DNA from: Alphaproteobacteria bacterium
GTDB lineage: Bacteria; Pseudomonadota; Alphaproteobacteria; UBA828
Assembly (NCBI GenBank): GCA_965214705.1
Contig: CBDCCI010000002.1
Location: 1,184,001-1,248,000, forward strand
Reading direction: 5' to 3'
Length of the DNA: 64,000 nucleotides
Part shown: positions 1 through 9,347 of the stretch, in pieces
Position numbering within the stretch: the stretch's first letter is position 1
Layout of the letters: the number at the start of each line of letters is the position of its first letter
The notes under the pieces: generated by a model
Databases searched by the model: none
The model's input: the letters and a program-made list of their open reading frames with translations, nothing else
What the model was told of the DNA's origin: nothing
Translations under genes and position numbers: made by a program

Positions 1-957
1 AAGACCACGTGTCTCCGCATGATCGCGGGCCTGGAGACGGTGACCTCCGGCAGCATCTTCATTGGCGACACCGACGTTGCCCAGGTCCATGCCAAGGATC
101 GCAACGTGGCCATGGTGTTCCAGTCCTACGCGCTCTATCCCCACATGTCGGTGGCGGACAACATGGGCTTTGCCTTGAAGATCAGGAAGTTGCCGCGCGA
201 CGAAATCGAGAGACGCGTGCGCGAGGTGGCAGCCATCCTCGGGCTCACCCAGGAGCTCCCGCGCAGGCCGAAGACGCTCTCCGGCGGTCAGCAGCAGCGC
301 GTGGCGCTCGGCCGGGCCATCGTGCGGGACCCAGCGGTGTTCCTGTTCGACGAGCCGCTCTCCAATCTCGACGCCAAGCTCCGCGTCGCCATGCGGAGCG
401 AGCTCATAAAGCTGCATCATCGCCTCGACACGACGATGATCTACGTGACCCATGATCAGATCGAAGCGATGACCATGGGCGATCGTATCGTCGTGATGCA
501 CGAGGGAGGCATCCGGCAGGTTGGCACACCCCTGGAGGTCTACGACGACCCCGATGACGCGTTCGTCGCCGGCTTTATCGGGAGCCCGGCCATGAACCTC
601 ATCGACGGCATGGCGCAATCGGCGGACGGCGTCACCACCTTCCGGACCGACGGGCTGGACATCGGTCTCCCGGTGGAACATCCGGCCACGCGCGGCGGGT
701 CCGTCACGGTCGGCATCCGGCCCGAGTTCCTGGAGCTGCAGCCGACCAATGGCGCCGTCGCCATCGCGGGACGGGTCGAGGCGGTGGAACATCTCGGTGC
801 GGACACCATCGTCGAACTCGAGACGGCGGGCCCCACGCTGGTCGCCCGTTTGGCCCGCAACGACGGAATCTCCTACGGCAGCGACATTCACCTGTGGGTC
901 GATCCGGCCAACGTCATGGCCTTCGATCAGGACTCGGGAATACGCCTTCGCGCCTAA
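1..957 (+). CDS. Carbohydrate ABC transporter ATP-binding protein (MalK/UgpC family), 5'-truncated by window edge
   Basis: Frame open from base 1 (KTTCLRMIAGLE = end of Walker A). LSGGQQQRVALGRAIVR signature, FLFDEPLSNLDAKLR Walker B, YVTHDQ H-loop, C-terminal TOBE-like region. Confidence 0.95.
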   Translation, partial: KTTCLRMIAGLETVTSGSIFIGDTDVAQVHAKDRNVAMVFQSYALYPHMSVADNMGFALKIRKLPRDEIERRVREVAAILGLTQELPRRPKTLSGGQQQRVALGRAIVRDPAVFLFDEPLSNLDAKLRVAMRSELIKLHHRLDTTMIYVTHDQIEAMTMGDRIVVMHEGGIRQVGTPLEVYDDPDDAFVAGFIGSPAMNLIDGMAQSADGVTTFRTDGLDIGLPVEHPATRGGSVTVGIRPEFLELQPTNGAVAIAGRVEAVEHLGADTIVELETAGPTLVARLARNDGISYGSDIHLWVDPANVMAFDQDSGIRLRA

Positions 958-1784
958 CCCTTGACGGCGCCGAAGGTCAGGCCCTGAACCAGCTTCTTCT
1001 GGATGAAGAAGATGAAGACGAGCACGGGAATGCTCTGGATGATCGAGGCGGAGGCGACCTGGCCCCACTGCGTTCCTGTATGCAGGACCAGTGACGGGAT
1101 CATCACCGTCAGCGGGCGCGTGTCGCCGCCGGTGAGGATCAGGGCGAAGAGCAACTCGTTCCACGAGAAGATCAGGACGAAGATCGAGACGGCGGCGAGG
1201 CCGGGGTAGGTCATCGGCAGGGTGATCTGCAGGAACACCCGGAAATGCCCGCAGCCGTCGAGATAGGCTGCCTCCTCGATCTCGCGCGGCACGTCGTCGA
1301 AGAACGACCGCATCATCCAGACCACCAGAACGAGATTGAACGTGGTGTGCGCCAGGATGACGCCGGCGTAGGTGTTGACGAGGCCGAGATCCCTGAAGAT
1401 CAGGTACATCGGCAGCGCATAGGCCACCGGCGGGCCGAGGCGGGTCGCCAGGATGTAGAAGAAGAGGTGATTGCCCGCCGGTATCTTGAAGCGGGAAAAG
1501 CCGTAGGCCGCGAGTGTTCCGACGAAGACGCAAAGCGCCGTGCTCGAAAAGCCGATGATCACGGAGTTGAGCAGATAACCGTCGAAGCCCTTGTAGATGA
1601 TGTCCATGTAGTTGATCGAGGTGGGGTCGAAGACCCACTTCGGGTCGGGCGAAATCAGCTCGCCGCGCGTCTTGAAGCTGGCCAGCAGAATCCAGATGTA
1701 GGGGATCAGCGCCACCCCCAGCAGCACGAGCAGAGGGACCACGAACGTAACCAGCTTGCGCGTGAAGAGGCTGCGGCCGGTCAT
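954..1784 (-). CDS. Carbohydrate ABC transporter permease (MalG-like)
   Basis: Real start MTGRSLF at 1784 inside the listed 954..2651 ORF. EAA motif (EIEEAAYLDG), multiple TM helices, C-terminal LVQGLTFGAVKG. Start overlaps the upstream permease stop (ATGA). Confidence 0.92.
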   Translation of the reverse strand: MTGRSLFTRKLVTFVVPLLVLLGVALIPYIWILLASFKTRGELISPDPKWVFDPTSINYMDIIYKGFDGYLLNSVIIGFSSTALCVFVGTLAAYGFSRFKIPAGNHLFFYILATRLGPPVAYALPMYLIFRDLGLVNTYAGVILAHTTFNLVLVVWMMRSFFDDVPREIEEAAYLDGCGHFRVFLQITLPMTYPGLAAVSIFVLIFSWNELLFALILTGGDTRPLTVMIPSLVLHTGTQWGQVASASIIQSIPVLVFIFFIQKKLVQGLTFGAVKG

Positions 1785-2698
1785 GAGGTCTCTTCCACGG
1801 GCTTGGGCTTGCCGCTCACGGTCTTGAAGAAGAGCGCGGCCACCACCAGGGAGGCGAACGCGAGGACAAGGCAAACGGCGGCACCGTAGCCCAGGTCCCA
1901 ACGTATGAAGTTGGTTCGATAGGCGAAGGTCGAGATGACCTCGGTCGCGTTGCCTGGCCCGCCGCCCGTGAGCACGTAGATGGTGTCGAACACCTTGCTG
2001 GCATCGATGCCGCGGAGCATCACCGCGACGACGATGAGCGGAAAGAGCATGGGCAGCTGGATGTGCCGGAAGATCTGCCAGCGGGAGGCGCCATCGATCG
2101 TCGCCGCCTCGATGGGTGCCTGCGGCAGCGCGCTGAGCCCCGCCAGCATGATCAGCATGATGAAGGGCGTCCATTCCCAGATGTCGATGATGATCAGGGC
2201 GCCGAAGGCGGTAATCGGCCCCGAGAAGACGCTGGTTTCCTCGAACAACCCCAGGCGGTTCATATAGACCGTCAGCACCCCAAAACTCGGCATCAGGAAG
2301 AAGCGCCAGATCATGCCGACGACGACGGGCGCGATCATCGTCGGGATCATGAGGATGGTGAGAACGAGCCGGCGGCCCGTGAACTCCCGGTTGATCCAGA
2401 GCGCGATGAGAAGCCCGAGCGCCAGCTCGATCGGGACGGCGATCATCATGAAGATCGCCGTATGAGCCAGCGATCGGTAAAAGTTGCCGTCGGAGCCGAG
2501 CAGGTCGCGGTAGTTGTCGAGCGCCACGAACTGCCCGCGCTTGCTCGGCATGGCCAGCGACAGATCGCGGAAGCTGTCGATGAGGGCGAGCGTGACCGGG
2601 GCAACGGCGACGATAATCAGTAACAGGAGTACCGGGCCCATGCAGAACCACATGAAGGTTCGCGTGGATCCGGTATGGACCATCCCGTGCGTGCTCAA
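1781..2698 (-). CDS. Carbohydrate ABC transporter permease (MalF-like)
   Basis: DIWEWTPFIMLIMLAGL, EAATIDGAS EAA loop, LTGGGPGNATE motif. Confidence 0.93.
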   Translation of the reverse strand: MSTHGMVHTGSTRTFMWFCMGPVLLLLIIVAVAPVTLALIDSFRDLSLAMPSKRGQFVALDNYRDLLGSDGNFYRSLAHTAIFMMIAVPIELALGLLIALWINREFTGRRLVLTILMIPTMIAPVVVGMIWRFFLMPSFGVLTVYMNRLGLFEETSVFSGPITAFGALIIIDIWEWTPFIMLIMLAGLSALPQAPIEAATIDGASRWQIFRHIQLPMLFPLIVVAVMLRGIDASKVFDTIYVLTGGGPGNATEVISTFAYRTNFIRWDLGYGAAVCLVLAFASLVVAALFFKTVSGKPKPVEETS

Positions 2699-3132
2699 GA
2701 GACGATGCCCCCGGCCCTAGGCCAATAACGCCACTGTGCAGAGAGGTTGCGGCACGCCGCGATCGTACTGGGTCGCAATGACACTGGCTCCGTCTCGCCG
2801 TCCCCCAGTCGATCGCGAATCAAAGTTCAGTGGTGGCCAGCCGGTCGCGAGGGGCGTTCGGGTTCCCGTCATTCTAGTGCTGCCCCTCGCGCTGTCGCAA
2901 CGCGACGGCCGCGCCTGAGATGGAGCCAGCGGCAATCGCAACACGCGACAGTCGCGATGCCGAGGATGTCGCAGGCGTGAGCATCGGAGCCCGCACAAGA
3001 GTGTGCTCTACGTGTGAAATGAGCGAGGAGCGCGCGGAGTCTTGTCGCCTCGTCCGGCGCTGGCGTAAGTTGCTTGCGGCGATCGACGAGCCGGTCGATG
3101 GCTGAGCTCCAATCGAGCAAGCGAAGGCCCAG

Positions 3133-3543
3133 ATGAGCACGTCTCTTGCGTCCTATCGCACGGTCGTGAACGTCGAGACCGCGACCTTCGGAGCGGAACC
3201 GCCCCATCGCATGAAGCGCGTGGACCGTTCCGATCGTCCGGCGCGTGGCGGCGTCAGCTACTGCAACATCAGCTACGACGCGGAAGCGGGCGAAGGCTGC
3301 TACCTTATTCGATTTGCGCCAGGGGCCGGTTCGACGCCTCACGAGCACATCGGATACGAGGAGTTCCTGGTCCTCGACGGGACGCTGACCGATTGCGACG
3401 GCACGGTCTACCGCCGCAACGATTTCGTCTCACTTAAGCCGGGCTCGAAACATGTCTCGGTCTCGGAAGACGGTACGACGCTTGCGGTGTTCATCCGCGG
3501 TGGATTTCGCGCACTCGGCGAGACCGAAGACGTTCACCGCTAA
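3133..3543 (+). CDS. ChrR-like cupin domain protein
   Basis: Cupin motifs HEHxGxEEFLVLDG and PGSKH; 136 aa. Confidence 0.8.
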   Translation: MSTSLASYRTVVNVETATFGAEPPHRMKRVDRSDRPARGGVSYCNISYDAEAGEGCYLIRFAPGAGSTPHEHIGYEEFLVLDGTLTDCDGTVYRRNDFVSLKPGSKHVSVSEDGTTLAVFIRGGFRALGETEDVHR

Positions 3544-3586
3544 CGGTCGGCAGGGCGCCGATCGCGCGGAGCGATGCCGTTACGCG

Positions 3587-3892
3587 TCAGAAATAGAAAA
3601 GCTGTTCCTGCGTGACGCCTTCATCTCCAAAGCTGATCATGCCGGCCCCGACAGTGTCGCCGACCTGCCATTTGCACCATGCGGTGCCGCCCTCGACCAC
3701 GACATCGGTGATGTCCATCTTGTCGCCGATCTTTCTCAGTTCGGCGATGTAGCCCGGCAGATCGCTCTTGCCGTAGACGGCGCCGTCCTTGTCCAGAAGC
3801 TTGTAGTCGTCCGTCACGTTTGCAGCGATTTCATCAGCGTTCAAGCCGCTGAAACCGCTGGCATATCCACCCAACTTGTCCGCTGCAGACAT
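3587..3892 (-). CDS. Small NTF2/SnoaL-like protein
   Basis: About 101 aa from MSAADKL with a purine-rich RBS. Pattern of helix, 'VTDDY..D', 'DVVVEG..AW..W', 'G.I.F.DEGV' fits the NTF2-like fold. Confidence 0.6.
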   Translation of the reverse strand: MSAADKLGGYASGFSGLNADEIAANVTDDYKLLDKDGAVYGKSDLPGYIAELRKIGDKMDITDVVVEGGTAWCKWQVGDTVGAGMISFGDEGVTQEQLFYF

Positions 3893-4010
3893 GTCTCTCT
3901 TCTCCCGCGCACATCGTTTCCGTTGTCTCACATAGCGAGGTCAAACTGTCGTCGCGCATCAACCGGCGCCACACAAGCGAAGACGCTCCGGGCCCTTGGC
4001 CGGCGCAGGA

Positions 4011-4880
4011 TCAGGTGCCCGCGCCATTCAGGAACGTGTCGATATCCGGGGTTCGATAGCCGTCGCAGGTCCACAGAACCGGAAAGTAGTTCTCGTCGAT
4101 GGTGTTGTCGCCGAGCCGCTTGTAGCGGCTGTAGATGGAGCCGACGCCTTGCCCCAAGCACTCGGGGACGTAGCGTGTGTCGCTCCGCATGGCGTACAGC
4201 ACCAGAGAGCGACGGGGGATGGCTGCGGTGTTGTCGCCGGAGCCGTGCCAGGTCCAACCGTGATGGAAGGAGCCGCCGCCCTTGGGAACTTCCACGTGGA
4301 CGATTTCCGGCTCGACGCCCTCCTTGGCAGCCGCCTTCTCCATGTACTTGCGGTACTCCTTGGGGCCGTGGAACTCGCCTTCGGGGAGTGAGTGATGCCA
4401 GCGGTGCGATCCGCGCACGAACTCGAGCGTCCCTGCATCGGCCCTGGTGTCGTCGAGCGCCATCCAGCAGCTCAGCAACTCCGTCGGCTGGAACCAATGC
4501 AGATAGGCGTTGTCCTGGTGAAGAGCCAGCGGCCGTGTGCCGGGCGGCTTCCACAGCACGTTGTCCACCATCAAGCGCGCGCCCGGCCAGCCGCCGAGTG
4601 TGGCGATCGCCTTGCCCAGGTCGGCCCTCATGACCACCGATGCGATCGTCCGATCCGCCTTCCATGCGTTGCAGATTTGCCGGGTCAGGGAAGGATCGCT
4701 CTCGCCTTCTTGCCAGTTGACTTCGTCCGGCAGGACTCCGGTTTCGAATTCGCCGCGAAAGAGCTTTTCGTAGCGCTCGCTCACCGCCTCGACCGTCTCG
4801 TCATCGATCAGCTTGTCGACGACCAGAAAGCCGTCTTCGTTGAACCGGTCAATTTGTGCGGGCGTGAGCTCGAATGCCAT
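4011..4880 (-). CDS. Phytanoyl-CoA dioxygenase (PhyH) family Fe(II)/2-oxoglutarate oxygenase
   Basis: N-terminal LTPAQIDRFNEDGFLVV, HQD facial triad, WMALDD..GTLEFVRGSH, distal H in WHGSGDN..RR. RBS GGAG upstream. Confidence 0.92.
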   Translation of the reverse strand: MAFELTPAQIDRFNEDGFLVVDKLIDDETVEAVSERYEKLFRGEFETGVLPDEVNWQEGESDPSLTRQICNAWKADRTIASVVMRADLGKAIATLGGWPGARLMVDNVLWKPPGTRPLALHQDNAYLHWFQPTELLSCWMALDDTRADAGTLEFVRGSHRWHHSLPEGEFHGPKEYRKYMEKAAAKEGVEPEIVHVEVPKGGGSFHHGWTWHGSGDNTAAIPRRSLVLYAMRSDTRYVPECLGQGVGSIYSRYKRLGDNTIDENYFPVLWTCDGYRTPDIDTFLNGAGT

Positions 4881-4901
4881 CCGCGCTTCTCCTGCACCCC
4901 G

Positions 4902-5030
4902 CTAGGGCAAGCAGTCCAGATACATGTTCACATCCCAGTCGGAGACTTGCCAGATGAACTTGTTCCATTCGTCGCGCTTGTACCAATCGTAGACCCTGTA
5001 AAGGTCCCCGGAGAGCGCTGCGCAAACCAT
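4902..5030 (-). pseudogene. Relic of the C-terminus of a glutamine synthetase-family gene
   Basis: Translates to MVCAALSGDLYRVYDWYKRDEWNKFIWQVSDWDVNMYLDCLP*, resembling the C-terminal helix of GlnA-like proteins (..K.DEW..F...V..W....Y). The frame is closed a few codons upstream. Confidence 0.6.
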
Positions 5031-5086
5031 GACCTTGATGGGAAAGGCAGGTTAAGATCGGCGCCGAATGCGGGGGAGGGGTTACC

Positions 5087-5842
5087 ATGAAACTTGAAGG
5101 CAAGGCGGCGATCGTCACCGGCTCATCGCGCGGGATCGGCGCCTGTATCGCGCGCCGCTACGGGCGAGAAGGTGCCGCCGTCGCCGTGGTCGGAAACACC
5201 AGGCGCGAGCGCGCCGAGGCGGTGGTCGCCGAGATCGAGGCCGCCGGTGGCAAGGCCCAGGCGTTCATGGCTGATGTCGGCGTGGTCGCCGACTGCGAGC
5301 GGCTGGCGGGGGAGGTGATCGACGCCTTCGGCACGGTGGACATCCTGGTCAACAACGCTGGCATCTTCACGCCGATGCCGATCGAAGAGGTCACGGAGGA
5401 GAACTGGGACGCCCAGCAGGCGCTCAACCTCAAGGGCGCGTTCTTCATGACCAAGGCGGTCGTGCCCACCATGAAAGCCAAGGGTGCCGGCAAGATCATC
5501 AACATCTCCTCCATCGCCGGCTGCGGCGGCTTCCCGCAGTCCGCCGCCTATTGCGCGTCGAAGGGCGGCCTCACCAACATGACCAAGGCACTCTGCCTGG
5601 AGCTTGCGGCCGACGGCATCAACGTGAACGCGCTCTCGCCGGGCAACATCGTCACCGACATGAACGCCGCGCTCCGCGCGGACCCGGACTATGACGCGCG
5701 GCAAGCGGAGCTCACGCCTGCCGGCATCGGCCACATGGACCCGGAGCAGCTCACCGGCGCCGCCGTCTTTCTCGCGTCTGCCGATTCGGACTCGGTCCAT
5801 GGCGCGGACCTTCTGGTGGACAATGGCTGGGCCGCCTGGTAG
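5087..5842 (+). CDS. Short-chain dehydrogenase/reductase (SDR)
   Basis: TGSSRGIG Rossmann motif, NNAG, YCASK catalytic motif; strong RBS GGGGAGG. Confidence 0.95.
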   Translation: MKLEGKAAIVTGSSRGIGACIARRYGREGAAVAVVGNTRRERAEAVVAEIEAAGGKAQAFMADVGVVADCERLAGEVIDAFGTVDILVNNAGIFTPMPIEEVTEENWDAQQALNLKGAFFMTKAVVPTMKAKGAGKIINISSIAGCGGFPQSAAYCASKGGLTNMTKALCLELAADGINVNALSPGNIVTDMNAALRADPDYDARQAELTPAGIGHMDPEQLTGAAVFLASADSDSVHGADLLVDNGWAAW

Positions 5843-5868
5843 CGGCACAAGAACCGAAGAATCAACCC

Positions 5869-6666
5869 ATGACCAACGACATCCTCTACGAGGCGCACGG
5901 CCACGTGCGCCTGATCACCATCGACCGCGCCGCGACGATGAATTCCCTCGACTTCGCGGCCAACGACCGGCTGATCGAGCGCTGGCGCGCGTTCGCCGCG
6001 GACGACGAGGCGCGGGTCGCGGTCATCACCGGCACGGGCGACAAGGCCTTCTGCGCCGGTGCCGACCTCAAGACCTACACGATGAATTATGCATGCCGCC
6101 CGGCGCCCGAGTTTCGTACCCGATTTACCGACGGCCCCGGCTTCGGCGGCATCACGCGCGGGCTCGAGATCGACAAGCCGATCATCGCGGCGGTCAACGG
6201 CTACGCGATCTCAGGCGGGCTGGAGCTTGCCGAGGCCTGCGATATCCGCTTCTGCTCGCCCAACGCCGAGTTCGCCCACCAGGACGTGAACTGGGGCTTC
6301 CATCCCTGCGACGGCGGCTGCGTGCGGCTGCCGCAGATCGTGGGCCTCGGCAACGCCATGGAGATCATCCTCTCAGGGAGGCGCGTCGACGCCGAACACG
6401 CGCTCCGCATCGGCCTCGTCAACCGCATCGTGCCGGGCGCCGATCTCGTGGCGGAGACCATGGAGTTCGCTCAGCTCCTGGCGAGCCGCGCGCCGCTCGC
6501 CCAGCGCTTCGCCAAAGACGTGATGATGCGCGCCTACGACATGCCGCTCGCGGACGCACTCCGCCTCGAATCGCGCTCGTTCCACGACCTCGGCCAGACT
6601 CAAGACCTCAAGGAGGGCACCGACGCCTTCCGCGAGAAGCGTCTGGCCGACTTTAAGGGCAGATAA
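5869..6666 (+). CDS. Enoyl-CoA hydratase/isomerase (crotonase) family protein
   Basis: AFCAGADLK, KPIIAAVNGYAISGGLE..ACDIR, C-terminal EG..AFREKR..F.G. Confidence 0.93.
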   Translation: MTNDILYEAHGHVRLITIDRAATMNSLDFAANDRLIERWRAFAADDEARVAVITGTGDKAFCAGADLKTYTMNYACRPAPEFRTRFTDGPGFGGITRGLEIDKPIIAAVNGYAISGGLELAEACDIRFCSPNAEFAHQDVNWGFHPCDGGCVRLPQIVGLGNAMEIILSGRRVDAEHALRIGLVNRIVPGADLVAETMEFAQLLASRAPLAQRFAKDVMMRAYDMPLADALRLESRSFHDLGQTQDLKEGTDAFREKRLADFKGR

Positions 6667-6693
6667 ACCGCGACCCTGGTGAGAACCGCGGGC

Positions 6694-6805
6694 TAAAGCG
6701 CGTTCGTCTTTGGCGGACGCGCGACAGGCCGCGACTGCGGCCCGCCGCCAATGCGGCGCGCCCGCGCAGGCGCCGGCCGTAGGCCGGCTGCCGTGAGCGA
6801 CAAAT
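6694..6805. repeat. 112-bp multi-hairpin intergenic repeat, copy 1
   Basis: Near-identical to 30136..30247; four stem-loops; lies between convergent genes. Confidence 0.85.
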
Positions 6806-6807
6806 AG

Positions 6808-6842
6808 TTAGGGCGTTTCCGTGTAAAACGGAAACGCCCTAA
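6808..6842. terminator. Perfect 15-bp inverted repeat (terminator or miniature palindromic element)
   Basis: TTAGGGCGTTTCCGT-gtaaa-ACGGAAACGCCCTAA; overlaps the TAG stop of the 6839..8557 gene; lies between convergent genes. Confidence 0.6.
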
Positions 6843-8557
6843 TGGGCGGCCCCGCCGCGGATGAGCTGGCCGGGGTGCGCTCCCGTCGGGTCCCCGTCTC
6901 TCAGCGTGACGGCGCCGCTCACCACCGTGGCGGCGAAGCCATCGGCCTTCTGCACGAGCCTGCGGGCGCCACCGGGCAGGTCCCGTTGAACCGTGGGCAG
7001 GCGCGGCCTCACCGTCGCCTCGTCGAAGACCACGATATCGGCCGTGAAGCCGGGGCGCAGCAGGCCCCGGTCGTGCATGCCCCAGGCGGAGGCATTGTCG
7101 AACGTCAGCATCCGCACCGCTTCTTCCAGGGTGAACGCCTGCTTGGTCCGCACCCAGTAGCTCAGCAGGTGGGTCTGGAGCGATGAGCCCATCTCCTGGC
7201 AGACGTGCGCGCCGGAGTCGGAAAAAGTGGCGAGAGAGTGGGGGCTCTTCAGCATCCGGCGAACCTCGTCCGGCGTTTCGTTCACCAGCGGCTGGACGAA
7301 CACCAGGTCCTCGTTTTCCGTCATCAGGTCGAGCATGACCTCGACAGGGTGCCGCCCGGAGGATTGCGCCAGCTCCTCGATGCTGGGGTCATCCCAGTTC
7401 ACGTCGAACATCGGAAACAGGTTGGCGTAGTCCGGCTTCATCGGATTTGTCGTGGCGGCGCCGCCACCTTGGAATTCGGTACTCCGGGGTTGCATCCCCG
7501 CTTCGGCCGCGACGAGGCCGGCGCGGGTATCCGGGTCGCGGAAGCGGACCTGCTGCTCCTCTACCGAGAGGCCGCGGATATCGCTCCAGACCGGCAGGGC
7601 ATCGAACGGAAGGTAGGACTTCAGCGAGAACACGGCGTTGATCGATTTCGTGGTGGCCTGTCCCAAGACCCGCCCCCCTTGCGCTGCAACCTCGTCCATC
7701 CAGTCGAACTGGAACTCGAGAGGGTTGGGTTGATCGCCCTGGCGCGTAGAAAGGACTCCCAGCATCAGCGGCCGGCGGCTTGAGACCGCAATCTTGGTCA
7801 GCTCGTCCAGGCATGCGCGCTGCGCCTCGCCGCCGGAGACATCGGGCCCGACCTGGAAGATGCCGGCGTTCAGCTCGGCCATCGCCTGCACCAGGTGCGC
7901 GATCTCCGCCCAGTTTCCGATGCGGCTTGCCACCGGGCCGCCGTCCGGGCGGATGTGGGTGGTGGCCCTGGACGACGACAACCCCATGGCGCCGGCGCGG
8001 AGCGCCTCCTGCACCAGGTTCGCCATCAGCCTGAGGTCATCCTCGCCGGCCTCCTCGTCCAGCGCGCGATCGCCCATCGCGTACATCCTGAGAGCCGAGT
8101 GCCCGATGTAGGCGGCGTAGTTGATGGCCTTCGGGAACGATTCAACCGCCGCGAGATACTCCGGGAAGGTCTCCCAGCGCCAGTCGATCCCGCTCACCAT
8201 GGCTTCCTTGGGGATGTCCTCGACCGCCTCCAAGCACTCGGCGAACCACTCTCGTGCCCCCGGTTTGCAGGGCGCCAGCGCGAACCCGCAATTGCCCATG
8301 ACCACGCTGGTCACGCCGTGCCAGCAGGAGCAGGTGCCTGCCGGGTCCCACGCCACCTGTGCGTCCATGTGGGTGTGGCCGTCGATGAAGCCGGGTGCGA
8401 CGATCATGCCCTCCGCGTCGATCGTCTCGTCGGCGGGGCTGGAAATTCGGCCGATTTCCGCGATTCGGCCCTGCCTGACGCCGACGTCCGCCCGGTAACG
8501 GGGCATGCCCGAGCCGTCCACCAGGGTTCCGTTGCGGATCAGCAAATCGAACGTCAT
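6839..8557 (-). CDS. N-acyl-D-amino-acid deacylase family amidohydrolase
   Basis: PGFIDGHTHMD metal motif, HGVTSVVMGNCG, SDSGAH, DRGLLRPG..AD, DLPGGARRL. Confidence 0.92.
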   Translation of the reverse strand: MTFDLLIRNGTLVDGSGMPRYRADVGVRQGRIAEIGRISSPADETIDAEGMIVAPGFIDGHTHMDAQVAWDPAGTCSCWHGVTSVVMGNCGFALAPCKPGAREWFAECLEAVEDIPKEAMVSGIDWRWETFPEYLAAVESFPKAINYAAYIGHSALRMYAMGDRALDEEAGEDDLRLMANLVQEALRAGAMGLSSSRATTHIRPDGGPVASRIGNWAEIAHLVQAMAELNAGIFQVGPDVSGGEAQRACLDELTKIAVSSRRPLMLGVLSTRQGDQPNPLEFQFDWMDEVAAQGGRVLGQATTKSINAVFSLKSYLPFDALPVWSDIRGLSVEEQQVRFRDPDTRAGLVAAEAGMQPRSTEFQGGGAATTNPMKPDYANLFPMFDVNWDDPSIEELAQSSGRHPVEVMLDLMTENEDLVFVQPLVNETPDEVRRMLKSPHSLATFSDSGAHVCQEMGSSLQTHLLSYWVRTKQAFTLEEAVRMLTFDNASAWGMHDRGLLRPGFTADIVVFDEATVRPRLPTVQRDLPGGARRLVQKADGFAATVVSGAVTLRDGDPTGAHPGQLIRGGAAH

Positions 8558-8724
8558 CGGCCAAATCTCCGGACGGTGTTAGTGACAGGAGAACGCTATC
8601 AGCCGAGACGATCGGCGACAACGCGCCGGGGCATCCCCGGTTCCGGCCCCATCCCGCACCGCCTTGCCCCAGGCCTGGCACGCACCTATCGTGGCCGCCT
8701 GACAAGGCGAGGGGAGAAGCCGGC

Positions 8725-9054
8725 GTGAGCGGCGATCCGGGGCGCGGGGTGCACGACATGGGCGGTCTGCCCGCCGGTTCCATTGACCGGGCGGAGCACG
8801 CGCATGCGCTCTGGGAGAAGCGGGTCGACGCGCTCATGGTGCTGCTCGGGAGCCCCGAGCGGCGCGTGATTACCGTGGACCAGCTCCGGCGCGGTATCGA
8901 GCAGCTCGGCACCGAGGCCTACGAGGCGATGAGCTACTACGAGCGCTGGATGGCCTCCATCACCAACACGCTGCTCGCCGAGGGGGTCATCTCCTCCGAC
9001 GAGCTCGGCCGCCGCATGGCCGAGGTCGAGAAACGCGGAGAGGGCGCCCGCTGA
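8725..9054 (+). CDS. Nitrile hydratase beta-subunit N-terminal half (thiocyanate hydrolase ScnB-like)
   Basis: VHDMGG, WEKRV, LRRGIE, YYERW..S...L..EGVI...EL motifs; GTG start with RBS. Confidence 0.88.
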   Translation: MSGDPGRGVHDMGGLPAGSIDRAEHAHALWEKRVDALMVLLGSPERRVITVDQLRRGIEQLGTEAYEAMSYYERWMASITNTLLAEGVISSDELGRRMAEVEKRGEGAR

Positions 9055-9344
9055 TGGCGGCTCGCTTCGCCGTGGGCGACCGCGTGGCCGTGCGCCGCGC
9101 CTTCCCGCTCGGCCATATCCGCACGCCCTTCTATGCGCGGGGCGCGGTCGGCGACGTGGAGCGCATCTGCGGCGACTTCGGCAATCCCGAGGAGCTGGCG
9201 TTCGGGCGCAGGGACCGCCCCAAGCAGACCCTCTACCGCGTGCGTTTCGCCCAGACCGCGCTCTGGCCGGACTACAACGGCGCGGCCGGCGATACCATCG
9301 ACATCGAGCTCTACGAGCATTGGCTCGAACCCGCGACGGAGTGA
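9054..9344 (+). CDS. Nitrile hydratase beta-subunit C-terminal SH3-like half (ScnA-like)
   Basis: RFAVGDRV.V, GHIRTPFY.RG..G, LYRVRF...LW, IELYEHWLEPA; TGATG coupling to the upstream gene. Confidence 0.9.
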   Translation: MAARFAVGDRVAVRRAFPLGHIRTPFYARGAVGDVERICGDFGNPEELAFGRRDRPKQTLYRVRFAQTALWPDYNGAAGDTIDIELYEHWLEPATE

Positions 9345-9347
9345 GCG

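Noticed and set aside
2717-3140. Short ORFs between the permease and the cupin gene
   Set aside because: No motif, RBS or codon-bias support on either strand; left unannotated.
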